Positions 27,296 through 38,165 of a stretch of 64,000 nucleotides of DNA are shown one piece after another. Below the pieces are notes generated by a model. The model made no database searches. It had not been told where the DNA came from and was given only the letters and a program-made list of their open reading frames with translations. The translations under genes and the position numbers were made by a program. The stretch lies in the NCBI GenBank assembly GCA_964647595.1, contig CAZYGH010000010.1, forward strand, positions 20,362 to 84,361, given 5' to 3'. Each line of letters begins with the position of its first letter. Position 1 is the stretch's first letter. Source of the DNA: an uncultured Verrucomicrobiota bacterium. Its GTDB lineage: Bacteria; Verrucomicrobiota; Kiritimatiellia; CAIQIC01; Lenti-01.

Positions 27296-27470
27296 GAAGA
27301 ATGTTCACCACAGAGGGCACAGAGATTCACAGAGGAAAAATTCTCTGTGGAACTCTGTGTTCTCTGTGGTTCAAACGGCTGTTTGAAAGTTTTCCACAGT
27401 ATGGAAAAAATTTTCGCGATTTTTCCACACAATGGAAAAAATGTTTCCACACTGTGGAAAACTTTTTGGG
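27296..27470. repeat. composite intergenic repeat: CACAGAG inverted-repeat module + ~75-bp module of three TTTTCCACAnnnTGGAAAA palindromes
   Basis: Near-identical copy at 39205..39375 in the opposite orientation, plus partial copies at 20215..20290, 40003..40098, 48785..48815, 56335..56380 and 13885..13905. Confidence 0.7.
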
Positions 27471-27472
27471 GG

Positions 27473-28681
<1,209 letters not shown>

Positions 28682-28806
28682 TTTATGGAATTATGAAATG
28701 TTGGAAAGATTGGGAATATGGAGAGACTGTCGTGGATCGGTGGGGGAGGGTGTTAGAGATAGATGATTTCTGTTTGATTTAGGCTGTTCAAATTCGGTTG
28801 GGCTAT

Positions 28807-29238
28807 TCATCGGTAGTGTGGATCTTTGCAATTATTGCATTCACTGAATACAGCAGGCACTAATTCTTTACCCCAAATTTTATTACCAGCACGTTTAGGG
28901 TTTTCAATATACGACCGATTACGGTCGCTAAAGTAAAGGTTTATGCAACTCTTGCAATGGTCTACTGATTCGTCATCCCTGTTGTGAATAGTTGCTCTAG
29001 CCATACCGCTAAAAACAGATTCAATCACATTCAGGAATTGAGCACAGGCGGGAAGCGGAGCCGTTTTTACGATTGGGGTTTGATGCTTACTCCTATCTTC
29101 ATCGCTGTTAACGAGTTCAACTTCGACTTCGCACATACGGTTTAGGTGGTGGATACCAGACCATGCGGATGGCGGTGACGAAACCGCGAGAGGGCGAATT
29201 TCGGATGGGGAGGTCATGTCGGTAGCCGGGTTTTCCAC
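28807..29238 (-). CDS. hypothetical protein (lower-GC insert)
   Basis: ORF in an AT-richer segment between trpB and the toxin-antitoxin pair. Cys/His-rich C-terminus; no confident family. Confidence 0.3.
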   Translation of the reverse strand: MENPATDMTSPSEIRPLAVSSPPSAWSGIHHLNRMCEVEVELVNSDEDRSKHQTPIVKTAPLPACAQFLNVIESVFSGMARATIHNRDDESVDHCKSCINLYFSDRNRSYIENPKRAGNKIWGKELVPAVFSECNNCKDPHYR

Positions 29239-29522
29239 TTTTCAGGGTCTTGGGAGCAATGGAAAACTGAATAGACGACGTAGCGATTGAGGGCCGTTTC
29301 AAACTCGAAAAAAATAGCGAAGGGAAAGTGGCGGACAAGTAATCTGCGGTAGGACTCAATGGCAATTGGATAGGTGAGAGGGGTACGCTGAATCGCAAGA
29401 AGAGCCGTCTCAACGCATCGCAGGAATTCCATGCCAAGTCCCATTTTTTGGTGTTCATACCACAGGAAGGCGTCCGCAACGTCTTTCTGGGCCTCAGGAA
29501 GGAGTAGAGGGGGCTCTGTCAT
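29214..29522 (-). CDS. type II toxin-antitoxin system RelE/ParE-family toxin
   Basis: ParE-like core (...AIESYRRLLVRHFPFAIFFEFETALNRYVVYSVFHCSQDP). Start at the internal Met, with an ATGA overlap with the antitoxin stop. Confidence 0.7.
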   Translation of the reverse strand: MTEPPLLLPEAQKDVADAFLWYEHQKMGLGMEFLRCVETALLAIQRTPLTYPIAIESYRRLLVRHFPFAIFFEFETALNRYVVYSVFHCSQDPEKWKTRLPT

Positions 29523-29737
29523 CCCGGTTGGAGGATGGACCTCTTGACTTGAGCCCAAGTTTGGCAGGAATCCGGATTTTGTAGATAGCTTGCCTTGCGT
29601 CGGGCCAGTTCTTCCGTCTGCCACTGAGGGACGGGCAGGTTGGCATTACTTCGTGCGATGCTGTCCCACAGGTCCTCGACGAGTTGCATGCGTTCCGGCA
29701 CGGACAACGATTCAAGTTCTTGTAATGCTATAGTCAT
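29519..29737 (-). CDS. putative addiction-module antitoxin component
   Basis: 72 aa (MTIALQELESLSVPERMQLVEDLWDSIA...), typical of the small antitoxin partnered with ParE/RelE. Translationally coupled to the toxin. Confidence 0.65.
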   Translation of the reverse strand: MTIALQELESLSVPERMQLVEDLWDSIARSNANLPVPQWQTEELARRKASYLQNPDSCQTWAQVKRSILQPG

Positions 29738-29781
29738 GATTCAAAACTTTACCTCTTTTTAGGGTCGGGGACAATTTGTTT

Positions 29782-30846
29782 TCATTTATCCCCGCGTATC
29801 TTCTTGAGTCGCGTATTTGCCTCGCGCAGGAGGGATTCGGTGGTGGGCCAGTCGATGCAGGCGTCGGTGATGGAACAGCGCGGGTTGAGGAGGGCGGGGT
29901 TGGAGAGCATGGGCTGGTTGCCGGCTTCGAGATTGCTTTCCAGCATGAAGCCGCGGATGGAATGGTTCCCGGCTTCGACTTGCGAGAGAACGTCGAGAAG
30001 GACGGGGCCTTGGCGATCGTGCTTTTTGCTGGAGTTGCCGTGGGAGCAATCGATGATGAGGTTCTGGGGCAGGTGGGCGTCGCGCAGAGCGTTGACGCAG
30101 GCGGCGACGGAGGCGGCGTCATAGTTTGGCTTCTTGCCGCCGCGGAGAACGACGTGGGGATAGGAATTTCCGGTGGTGGAAAAGACGGCGGGGAGGCCAT
30201 CTTCGGTGACACCGAGGAAGTGGTGCGGCCCCATGGCGGAACGTACGCCGTTGATGGCGGCTTCGAGCGTTCCATCGGTTCCGTTTTTGAAACCGATGGG
30301 CGTGGAAATGCCGCTGGAAATTTCGCGGTGCGTTTGGGCTTCGGCGGTGCGCGCGCCGATGACGTTCCACGAAATCAGGTCGCCGATGTATTGCGGCATG
30401 AGGACGTCGAGCAGTTCGGTTCCGGCGGGGAGGCCGATCTCGGCGACGCGGGTGAGAAAGTGCCGCGCCATGCGGATGCCTTCCTCGATGTGGAAGGTGT
30501 CGTTCATGTAGGGGTCGTTGATGAGTCCCTTCCAGCCGATGGAGGAGCGAGGCTTCTCGAAATAGACGCGCATGACGACAAATATGGATTCGGCCACTTC
30601 GTCAGAAAGCGTCTTGAGCTTCTGGGCATATTCCTCGGCGGCGTCGAGGTTGTGGATGGAGCAGGGACCCACCACGGCGATCAGGCGCGGGTCATCGCCA
30701 TCGAGAATGTGCTCAATGGTTTCGCGGCCTTTGGCGACGGTGGCGATGGTGGTGGCGTTGAGGGGAATGGCCGTTTTCATCTCGCGCGGAGTGGGGAGAG
30801 GAAGGACGGATTCAATGTTGATATTTTCGAGGCGTGGGTGGCTCAT
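29782..30846 (-). CDS. aroG: 3-deoxy-7-phosphoheptulonate (DAHP) synthase, class I
   Basis: Full-length AroG/AroF-like (…GPCSIHN…, KPRSSIGWKGLINDP, IDCSHGNS). Confidence 0.9.
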   Translation of the reverse strand: MSHPRLENINIESVLPLPTPREMKTAIPLNATTIATVAKGRETIEHILDGDDPRLIAVVGPCSIHNLDAAEEYAQKLKTLSDEVAESIFVVMRVYFEKPRSSIGWKGLINDPYMNDTFHIEEGIRMARHFLTRVAEIGLPAGTELLDVLMPQYIGDLISWNVIGARTAEAQTHREISSGISTPIGFKNGTDGTLEAAINGVRSAMGPHHFLGVTEDGLPAVFSTTGNSYPHVVLRGGKKPNYDAASVAACVNALRDAHLPQNLIIDCSHGNSSKKHDRQGPVLLDVLSQVEAGNHSIRGFMLESNLEAGNQPMLSNPALLNPRCSITDACIDWPTTESLLREANTRLKKIRGDK

Positions 30847-30880
30847 GATTTCCTTATGAAGTGGGCGCGCGAGAGAAGGC

Positions 30881-33800
30881 TCAGGGCAGGGTGACTTTCA
30901 CCCGGTAGATGCGGGAGCCGGATCCATTCTCGAGCGGCAGGGACATGGTGGTATTGGTGCCGCGCCGGTTGAGAACGGACGGAACATCGGTCCAAACTTG
31001 CGGGGTGGCGGTAGGGTTGTCGATATATTGCAACGTGTAGCAGCGGCGCGTGGAGGCGGGGAAGAGAATGGAATCGGCGGCGATGCCTTCGACTGTAAAT
31101 CGGGTGTCGGGGTTCAGGGTGTCGTTGGGATTGCGGTCGAGAATAAATTCTTCCCAGTTCTGGAGATCGTCGCCATCCGGATTTTCATCGGAACCGGAGA
31201 CAATGGAGCGGAAGAAGCTGGTTTCCCACGTGTCTTCCAGACCGTCGCTGTCGTCGTCATCGCCGGCGATTTCTTCGGCGACGATGCGAAGATCGTCGAT
31301 GAAGAAGAAGTCGCTGGTGTTGTCGGATGCGGCCCCTTCATCGAAGCGGATGCGCACCTTGACTTGTTCGGTGCCGGAAGGGATTTCCAGCGTGGCGGGA
31401 TTGGCGCTGACCGACATGGAGGACGTGGCATCGAAGGCGAGATTTCCGTTTCGGAATCCGCCGACGAGCCGGACGGAATTGTCTTCCTTCCATGTGAGGC
31501 CGTTGTCGAAGGACAGGTCGAGCCACAAATTGTCGCCCGAATCGGGACCTTGTGCGCTGAAGGCGATGAGAATTTGTGCGTTGTCGTATTGGGCGAGGTC
31601 GATGTTGGCAAATTCGACGGCGGGGTCCACGTTGAGCCCGGCCGAACCGGCCAGCACGAGGGAATGGAACCACGTACGGGCACGCTCGGAGGTCAGGGCG
31701 GTGCTAGCGCCCAGCTCGTAGCTCCACGTGTCGTCGGAAGTTTCTTCAAATCCTTGCGAAGCCAGCACGGTGGCATCGGTGCTCTCGGAGTCTGCGCGGC
31801 GAGTAATTGTCACAGAGGCGGTGGCGGTGGCACCTGCGGCGTTGGTGGCGGAAACGGAGAGAATGTTTTCGCCGATGAAGAGCGGGATGGAAGGAAGGGT
31901 CCATTCGGCGGCAGCAGGAATGGAGAAAGAGCCGCCCTGATCGTTCGATCCGTTCAGCAAACCCGTTGCAAAGGCGTTGCAGGAACCGAAGAGAGCGATG
32001 GTGGTGACCGAGTTCGGGACGGTGAACGCATCTGCCGCGGGATCAGTGATCTCGATTTGCGGATCGTCCTCGGCCAGGGGTTGCATTTCGGCCAGAACGC
32101 GTGCACCGCCGCCGATGGTGAGGCGGACGTCGTCGATGAAATAGTGATCGGACAGATTGGATGCGCCAGCCTTTTCGTCGAAGCGGACGCGCACTTGGAT
32201 TTGAGCGGCGCTGGCGGGGATGTTGACGATCCACGGGTTGGAAGCGACGGTCATGGGATTGGCGGCGACGGTGGCACCGAAGGCGATGTTGGCGTTGCCG
32301 TAGCCGTCGACAAGTTTGACGGAGCCGGTGGCGTTCCACGTGGCCCCGTTGTCGGTTGAGAGGTCGAGATAGAGGTCGTCGTCGGAATCGGGTCCGAATG
32401 CGGAGAAGGCGATGGAAAGTTGTACGCCGCTTTGTCCGGCGAGATTAACGTTGTCAAAGGTGACGAACGGATCGGCCGAGCCATTGGCAGAACCAGACAA
32501 TTTCAGGGATTTCGCGCCGGACAGGACGCGGTTGGTGGTGACGACGGCGATGGTGCCTGATCCGGGTGTGGAGGTGTAGGCCCACGTGTCGTTGGTGGTG
32601 CCTTCAAATCCTTGGAATTTTACGGAGCCGGAGCCGTAAGAAGCGGGGATCACGGTAATGGAAATGGTTTCATAGGCGGTGCCATCTTGATCACCGGCCC
32701 AGAAGGTGACGGGATAGGAACCGGCGGGCGTGGCGGAGAGCCACGAGAAAGTGCCGCTGGTTTTATTTGAGCTGGGAGTGAAGGTCGCGCCGGTCGGCAA
32801 GCCCACGGCCCACAGGTTGGTGATGGCATCGCCATCGGTGGCGGTGGCGGTGATAGCGAACGACAAGGTGTTGGAGACTTGCACCGACTTGTTGCCGATG
32901 GCGGCGAGAATCGGAGGCGAGCCCAGCAGGCCGCCGCTGGAAGTCGCGGTGAGCTTGATGCTGTCGATGTAGTAGTGATCGGAGGTGTTGGCGGAACCGG
33001 ATTTTTCGTCGTAGCGCACGCGGACCTTGAGTTGGGCCGTTCCGGCGGGAATGGCGACGCTCCATGGATTGGCCCCCACGGTGGTGGGTTTGGCTGCATT
33101 GGTGGCACCAAAGAGGATCTTGGCGTTGTAGTAGCCGGTCACGAGTCGGTTGGTTTGAGGCCACGTGGTGCCATTGTCGAAGGAGAGGTCGAGCCAGAGA
33201 TCGTCGCCCCCGTCGGGACCGTCGGCACTGAAGCCAATGGAGAGAATGACGTTGCTACAACCGGCGAGGCTGACAGTGTCGAACACGACGGTGGGGTCGG
33301 AGGATCCCGCGCTGGAGCCGGACATCTTTAGGGATTTTGTTCCGGCAGCACTGCGGTCGCTACTGATAGCGAGAGTTCCCAAACCGGGTGTGGCGGCATA
33401 AGTCCACGTGTCGGAAACGGCACCTTCGAAGTCCTGCAATTTCAATACGACTGCGCCGCCACCGGAGGCGGGTGGATTCGTAACGGTGATGGAAATGGTT
33501 TCGGAATCGACACCATCATGGTCAGCGGCCCAGAACGTAATAGAGTGTGAACCGGCTGGCTTGGCAGAGGGCCATGAAAACGTTCCGCTGAGGTGGTTGG
33601 AGGTGGGCGTGAATGTGGCACCGGAGGGAAGGCCTGTGGCCCACAGATTGGTGACGGCATCGCCATCGGTGGCGGCGACGGTCACCGCAAACGATAATGC
33701 GTTGGAAATTTGCACGGACGAATGGCCGATGGGGGCGAGCACCGGTGGCGTTTGCGGTGTCACACCGCCGGTATTGCCGGTCAATTGGATGTCGTCGATG

Positions 33801-36481
33801 AAATAGTGGTCGGAGGTGTTTGCCGATGCGATTTTCTCGTCATAGCGCACACGCACTTTGAGCTGTGCGGTTCCGGCGGGGATGGAAACCGTCCACGGAT
33901 TGACGGCCACGGTGGTGGGCTTGGCGGCGTAGGTTGCACCGAAGGCGACGTTGGCGTTGCCATAGCCATCCACGAGCTTGACGGAGCCTGCGCCGGTCCA
34001 CGTGGTGCCGTTGTCGTAGGAGAGATCCAGATACAGGTCGTCATCGCTATCGGGGCCGCTGGCGGCAAAAGCGACGGAGAGTTGGACGTCGGAATAAGAA
34101 GAAATATTCACGTTGGCGAATTCCACTCTTGGATCAGAATTGAGACCGGCTGAGCCGGATATCTTGAGGGACTTGGTTCCCGACATGAAGCGTTCCGTGC
34201 GGGTGGCGATGGTGCCGGAGCCCGGCGTAAAAACAGGAGCCCAGTTGTCGTCGGCCGAGGCTTCGAATCCTTGCGAGCGGATGACGGCGGGACCGGCGAC
34301 GGGCGCGGAATTGGTGACACGGATGACCATGGAAATCGACGAGACGCCATCGTTGTCAGCGGCCGAGAAGGTGACGGAATACGTTCCGGTCGGCGAAGGG
34401 TTTGCCCAAGAGAACGTGCCGTTGGTGTTGCCGGTGCCCGGTGTGAACGTGGCACCGGAGGGCAGGCCCGTTGCCCAGAAGTTGGTGATGGAGTCGCCAT
34501 CTGTTTTTTGTGCCACGACGGTGAATTGCACCGCCAATCCGACGGCGGTGCTCTGGTTGCTGATGGCGGGGAAGAAGGGGGGAGACTGGGGAGATTGCGT
34601 GGCGGGGAAGGGTAGAACGGCGGGATCGCCCTGCAAATTCAGGCCAAACTGAATCCAGCGTTCGGAACCGTTGGCCGCGCACTGGCTGATCATGTCGGCT
34701 TTGTGCATGGCGAAGGCCGTGCCGGCGGTGCGGTTGGTGGTTTCGTAGAGGCGCTTGTAGAATTTGTAGCCATAGACGGTGGAAGGGCCGCCATCGGAGG
34801 TGTTGCTGGCGGGAGAAGCATCCGGCTCGCCCCAGCCATAGCGGCTGCATCCAACGTAGACCAACGCACCGCCGGTTGGATTGCGCAAGAAAGCTTCGCT
34901 CAGGCAGGGGTCGGTCGAACCATCGAAGTGGCCTGTCAGACATGCGTCGGTGTAGACGAAGGGGGTTTTGTTTGTGAGCAAGGTTGCATCGCTACTATAA
35001 AACGCGCCGCTTTCAAGACCCCAGGCGGTGACATCGCCGTGACCCGAGAAGAAGAGATGCCACCAGCCTTCGTTAAAACGCTTGCGGACGTTGGTGGCGT
35101 TTTCTAGATAATCGCCGCCGGTGGTGGTGTCCCACGAGGTGAGCGTGTCGCAGAAGATGCCGATGGTGGTGGCTTGCCAGTAGGGGCGGATGCCGTCGCG
35201 ATAGAGGCGGCGGTCCCACATTTCGGAATCGCTGATGCTGGGATGGGTGGTGTCGCGGAAAGCGCGGTGACCGTCGGCGGTGACGTCATCCGAGGGGCGG
35301 CTGGTGCCGGTATAGGTGTCCCATGCGACCATACCGCCGAGGATGATTTTTTTGGAGAGGTTCGTGGGCGGGGCCGTTTCGAAGGAAATGAGTTTATTGA
35401 TGTAGGCGGTGGCCTGCGCGGCCGTGCGTACGGGAATGCGGCCCACCACTACTTCCCACGCCATGTCGGGATTGTCGGTGATTTCGCCATAGACGGTGTT
35501 GCTGTTGGCGTTCCAGTCGCGGTCGAGTCCGGAGTAATACAGATCGGTGGGCATGGCGGATTCCACTTCGGTATCCACCGAGACTTTGGTTCCGCGGGGC
35601 GGCACCAGCGTGTCATCGCCGCCCAATACCACATAGAGGGTGCCGTGGTTTTGGTAGTAGTCCTTGATGCAGGCGCGAATTTTGGCTTGGGCATCAGTTC
35701 CGGTGTAGGAATTTGTGATGGATTCCACCGTCAGCATTTGGCAGGTGAAGCGCGAGGCGCGGTGTTGAATCAAGGCATTGAAGGCATTGGTGCAGGACTG
35801 GCGCGTGATGAGGAGATATTGTGCCGCTGTGTCGGCCAGCAGACCTCGGGAAGCCGTTGGGGCAAAAGCCTCCGAAGAGTCGGCATTGACGACAAGATCC
35901 TGAACCCATGTGGCCGCTTCTGTGCGTTGTGCGGCGGGTGCGCTGAGGCGGGCGCGGGGTTCGGAATAGGTCACGGTCAGGTTCAACTGGGTGGAGAGAA
36001 AGAGTTGCTTGGAAGTGGCGATGTAGCGGATGGGATGGAGTCGCACGGAAACGAGGGAATAGCCGCTCATCGTGTGTTCACCCGCCGTCGCAGCCAACGT
36101 GGCCGGAATTTTATCGGTTTGCGCATAAGCGGAAGCCAAGGCGGGAACAAATGCATGGCGTGCGCCACTGCGTTTTTGTGGAGGCTGTGCGGGCAGGACG
36201 GTGATGTCGTCGCGCAGCAACACTTCGTTGCCTTCCGCGCGGACGTCCGTCACGGTGGCCCCCGACGGAATCAGCACGTTGACAAATGTTGCGGGCAGCC
36301 AAGGCGTTCCGGGGGGATCTCCCGGAAGAACGGCACCGGCCAGATGCACTTTTTCATAGGCGCCTTGTATGGCGTAGGTGACCTCGGATGGATCGAAAGA
36401 AAAGGTGAGGGACACTTCTCCTGCTCGGGCCAAAGTTGAAAGACACATCGTCGCGATGAATGCACCGAACCATTTTTTCAT
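30881..36481 (-). CDS. giant secreted protein: N-terminal gingipain-like C25 cysteine peptidase domain + 5 tandem ~170-aa jelly-roll-like repeats alternating with Ig-like (He_PIG-type) domains + C-terminal D-rich/FN3-like region
   Basis: Signal peptide, then C25 catalytic His and Cys motifs (FSGHGDVTAWG, YTDACLTGHFDG). Repeats QGFE..D.W....GSG....SG.KSLK.SG....DP.V.F..V.L...S.V.LS..FSA.GPDS.DDL.LDLS.DNG.TW...VRVRYDEK...NTSDHY.IDD recur five times. Confidence 0.8.
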   Translation of the reverse strand: MKKWFGAFIATMCLSTLARAGEVSLTFSFDPSEVTYAIQGAYEKVHLAGAVLPGDPPGTPWLPATFVNVLIPSGATVTDVRAEGNEVLLRDDITVLPAQPPQKRSGARHAFVPALASAYAQTDKIPATLAATAGEHTMSGYSLVSVRLHPIRYIATSKQLFLSTQLNLTVTYSEPRARLSAPAAQRTEAATWVQDLVVNADSSEAFAPTASRGLLADTAAQYLLITRQSCTNAFNALIQHRASRFTCQMLTVESITNSYTGTDAQAKIRACIKDYYQNHGTLYVVLGGDDTLVPPRGTKVSVDTEVESAMPTDLYYSGLDRDWNANSNTVYGEITDNPDMAWEVVVGRIPVRTAAQATAYINKLISFETAPPTNLSKKIILGGMVAWDTYTGTSRPSDDVTADGHRAFRDTTHPSISDSEMWDRRLYRDGIRPYWQATTIGIFCDTLTSWDTTTGGDYLENATNVRKRFNEGWWHLFFSGHGDVTAWGLESGAFYSSDATLLTNKTPFVYTDACLTGHFDGSTDPCLSEAFLRNPTGGALVYVGCSRYGWGEPDASPASNTSDGGPSTVYGYKFYKRLYETTNRTAGTAFAMHKADMISQCAANGSERWIQFGLNLQGDPAVLPFPATQSPQSPPFFPAISNQSTAVGLAVQFTVVAQKTDGDSITNFWATGLPSGATFTPGTGNTNGTFSWANPSPTGTYSVTFSAADNDGVSSISMVIRVTNSAPVAGPAVIRSQGFEASADDNWAPVFTPGSGTIATRTERFMSGTKSLKISGSAGLNSDPRVEFANVNISSYSDVQLSVAFAASGPDSDDDLYLDLSYDNGTTWTGAGSVKLVDGYGNANVAFGATYAAKPTTVAVNPWTVSIPAGTAQLKVRVRYDEKIASANTSDHYFIDDIQLTGNTGGVTPQTPPVLAPIGHSSVQISNALSFAVTVAATDGDAVTNLWATGLPSGATFTPTSNHLSGTFSWPSAKPAGSHSITFWAADHDGVDSETISITVTNPPASGGGAVVLKLQDFEGAVSDTWTYAATPGLGTLAISSDRSAAGTKSLKMSGSSAGSSDPTVVFDTVSLAGCSNVILSIGFSADGPDGGDDLWLDLSFDNGTTWPQTNRLVTGYYNAKILFGATNAAKPTTVGANPWSVAIPAGTAQLKVRVRYDEKSGSANTSDHYYIDSIKLTATSSGGLLGSPPILAAIGNKSVQVSNTLSFAITATATDGDAITNLWAVGLPTGATFTPSSNKTSGTFSWLSATPAGSYPVTFWAGDQDGTAYETISITVIPASYGSGSVKFQGFEGTTNDTWAYTSTPGSGTIAVVTTNRVLSGAKSLKLSGSANGSADPFVTFDNVNLAGQSGVQLSIAFSAFGPDSDDDLYLDLSTDNGATWNATGSVKLVDGYGNANIAFGATVAANPMTVASNPWIVNIPASAAQIQVRVRFDEKAGASNLSDHYFIDDVRLTIGGGARVLAEMQPLAEDDPQIEITDPAADAFTVPNSVTTIALFGSCNAFATGLLNGSNDQGGSFSIPAAAEWTLPSIPLFIGENILSVSATNAAGATATASVTITRRADSESTDATVLASQGFEETSDDTWSYELGASTALTSERARTWFHSLVLAGSAGLNVDPAVEFANIDLAQYDNAQILIAFSAQGPDSGDNLWLDLSFDNGLTWKEDNSVRLVGGFRNGNLAFDATSSMSVSANPATLEIPSGTEQVKVRIRFDEGAASDNTSDFFFIDDLRIVAEEIAGDDDDSDGLEDTWETSFFRSIVSGSDENPDGDDLQNWEEFILDRNPNDTLNPDTRFTVEGIAADSILFPASTRRCYTLQYIDNPTATPQVWTDVPSVLNRRGTNTTMSLPLENGSGSRIYRVKVTLP

Positions 36482-36579
36482 AGTCGCTCCTTTGTCAAAC
36501 CGCTCTTCATGATACGCTCATTTGTCGGAAATACAGGAGATTTCAAGCGTGAACTGAACTTTTTTCCAGAGCGACCCCG

Positions 36580-37248
36580 CTAGGGTTGAGCCTTCCAGCA
36601 CATGGGAAATTTCGGGGTGGATAATTCGGCGGCGGCGCGCAGGAAGGCGCGGATGGCGGATTCGTCTTTGATTCCGGGGGCGGATTCGACGCCGGAGCTG
36701 GCGTCGAAGGCGGAGGCTAGACTGTGGCGTGCGACGATGGCGAGGTTTTCGGGATGGAGTCCGCCGGCGATGGCGAAGGGGCGGAATTCGGCCAGCGCCG
36801 CCGCCTCGCTCCAATTCCACGCGATGCCGTTGCCGCCGGGAAGGGCTCCACGGCCGCACTCAACGAGGATCCCGACTTGGGGAGGTAAACTGCGGGCGAC
36901 GGTGAGTAATTCCTTGCCGGTACGCTTGATGGCTTGGACCACATGAAACCCCGCGCGGCGGACAGATTCGATCACGTCCAGCGTTTCTTCGCCGTGCATT
37001 TGGATGGTGTCGAGTTTGGCCTCGTGAGCGGTTTTGATCATGGTCTCGACGGAGGCATTGACGAACACGCCGACGCGCACGATTCGTGTGGGCAAGCCAT
37101 CGAACAGTTCGCGGGCTTGAGCGGGCGAGACGTTTCGGGGGCTTTTGGGATAGAAGACGGCACCCAGCGCGCCCACGCCGGCTTCGGCGCAGACCAGAGC
37201 ATCTTGTCGCCGAGTGATGCCGCAAATTTTGACAGATGGAACAAACAT
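36580..37248 (-). CDS. trpF: phosphoribosylanthranilate isomerase
   Basis: VKICGITRRQDALVCAEAG... motif. Start taken at Met 37248. Confidence 0.85.
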   Translation of the reverse strand: MFVPSVKICGITRRQDALVCAEAGVGALGAVFYPKSPRNVSPAQARELFDGLPTRIVRVGVFVNASVETMIKTAHEAKLDTIQMHGEETLDVIESVRRAGFHVVQAIKRTGKELLTVARSLPPQVGILVECGRGALPGGNGIAWNWSEAAALAEFRPFAIAGGLHPENLAIVARHSLASAFDASSGVESAPGIKDESAIRAFLRAAAELSTPKFPMCWKAQP

Positions 37249-37259
37249 GAACGTTTCAA

Positions 37260-38057
37260 TTATGAAAGGGTAGAATCGACGCGAAGGGCTGTCCATTGGC
37301 GGAGGAGAGCAGTTGGATCGTTGTGACGCACAAGTGTTTCGCCGACGAGAAAACGGCGGATTCCCGCAGAGAGAGAGCGTTGAATATCGGCCTCCTCATG
37401 AATGCCGCTGGCGGCGACCACTGACGAGCCGCGGGGCAACAGGGCGGCGATTCGGGCGGCTCGGTCTGTGTTGGTGTGGAAATGTGCCAAGTCGCGATTG
37501 TTGATGCCGACCAGCGGGGGGGGCAGTGGCACGATACGTTGGACATCGGCCTCATCGTGGATTTCAACAAGGGTTTCAAGGCCGATGCCGTGGGCAAGAG
37601 CCAGAAGCGATTGCAGGGTTTCGTCGTCCAGAATGCGCACAATGATCAGCATGGCATCGGCACCCATCGCGGCGGTTTCGTAGACCTGATAGGGGGAGAG
37701 GATGAAGTCTTTTCGAAGGATAGGCAGCTCGACGAATTCTCGCGCGCGCTTCAGATCTTTCGCGGAACCTTTGAAGAAGGCGGGTTCGGTCAGCACGGAA
37801 ATGGCCGCCGCGCCGCCGTTTTGATAGGCCAGCGCGAGATCGCCGGGGTGCAGGTCGGGGCGGATGTCGCCCAGCGATGGGGAGGCGCGCTTGATTTCCG
37901 CGATGATCCGAACGCCGGGGCGCGCGAGAGATTCTGCAAAACCACGAAAATCTTCGCGTTTGGCGGCCAAGCGTTCCAGTTCGGACTGTGGTTTGAGGGC
38001 GCGTGCCGCATCCATTTCGGCGCGTTTGGCAGATAAGATTTTTTCAAGAAAAGACAT
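37260..38057 (-). CDS. trpC: indole-3-glycerol phosphate synthase
   Basis: IIAEIKRASPS and LTEPAFFKGS motifs. Confidence 0.9.
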   Translation of the reverse strand: MSFLEKILSAKRAEMDAARALKPQSELERLAAKREDFRGFAESLARPGVRIIAEIKRASPSLGDIRPDLHPGDLALAYQNGGAAAISVLTEPAFFKGSAKDLKRAREFVELPILRKDFILSPYQVYETAAMGADAMLIIVRILDDETLQSLLALAHGIGLETLVEIHDEADVQRIVPLPPPLVGINNRDLAHFHTNTDRAARIAALLPRGSSVVAASGIHEEADIQRSLSAGIRRFLVGETLVRHNDPTALLRQWTALRVDSTLS

Positions 38058-38165
38058 AAGAATTTTAGATCATTTTTACTACGAATGATACAAATGGCAC
38101 GAATTGGGGAAAGGGGAATACAGGCTGTTCATTCGTTTGATTCGCGTGATTCGTAGTTGTGGTTT

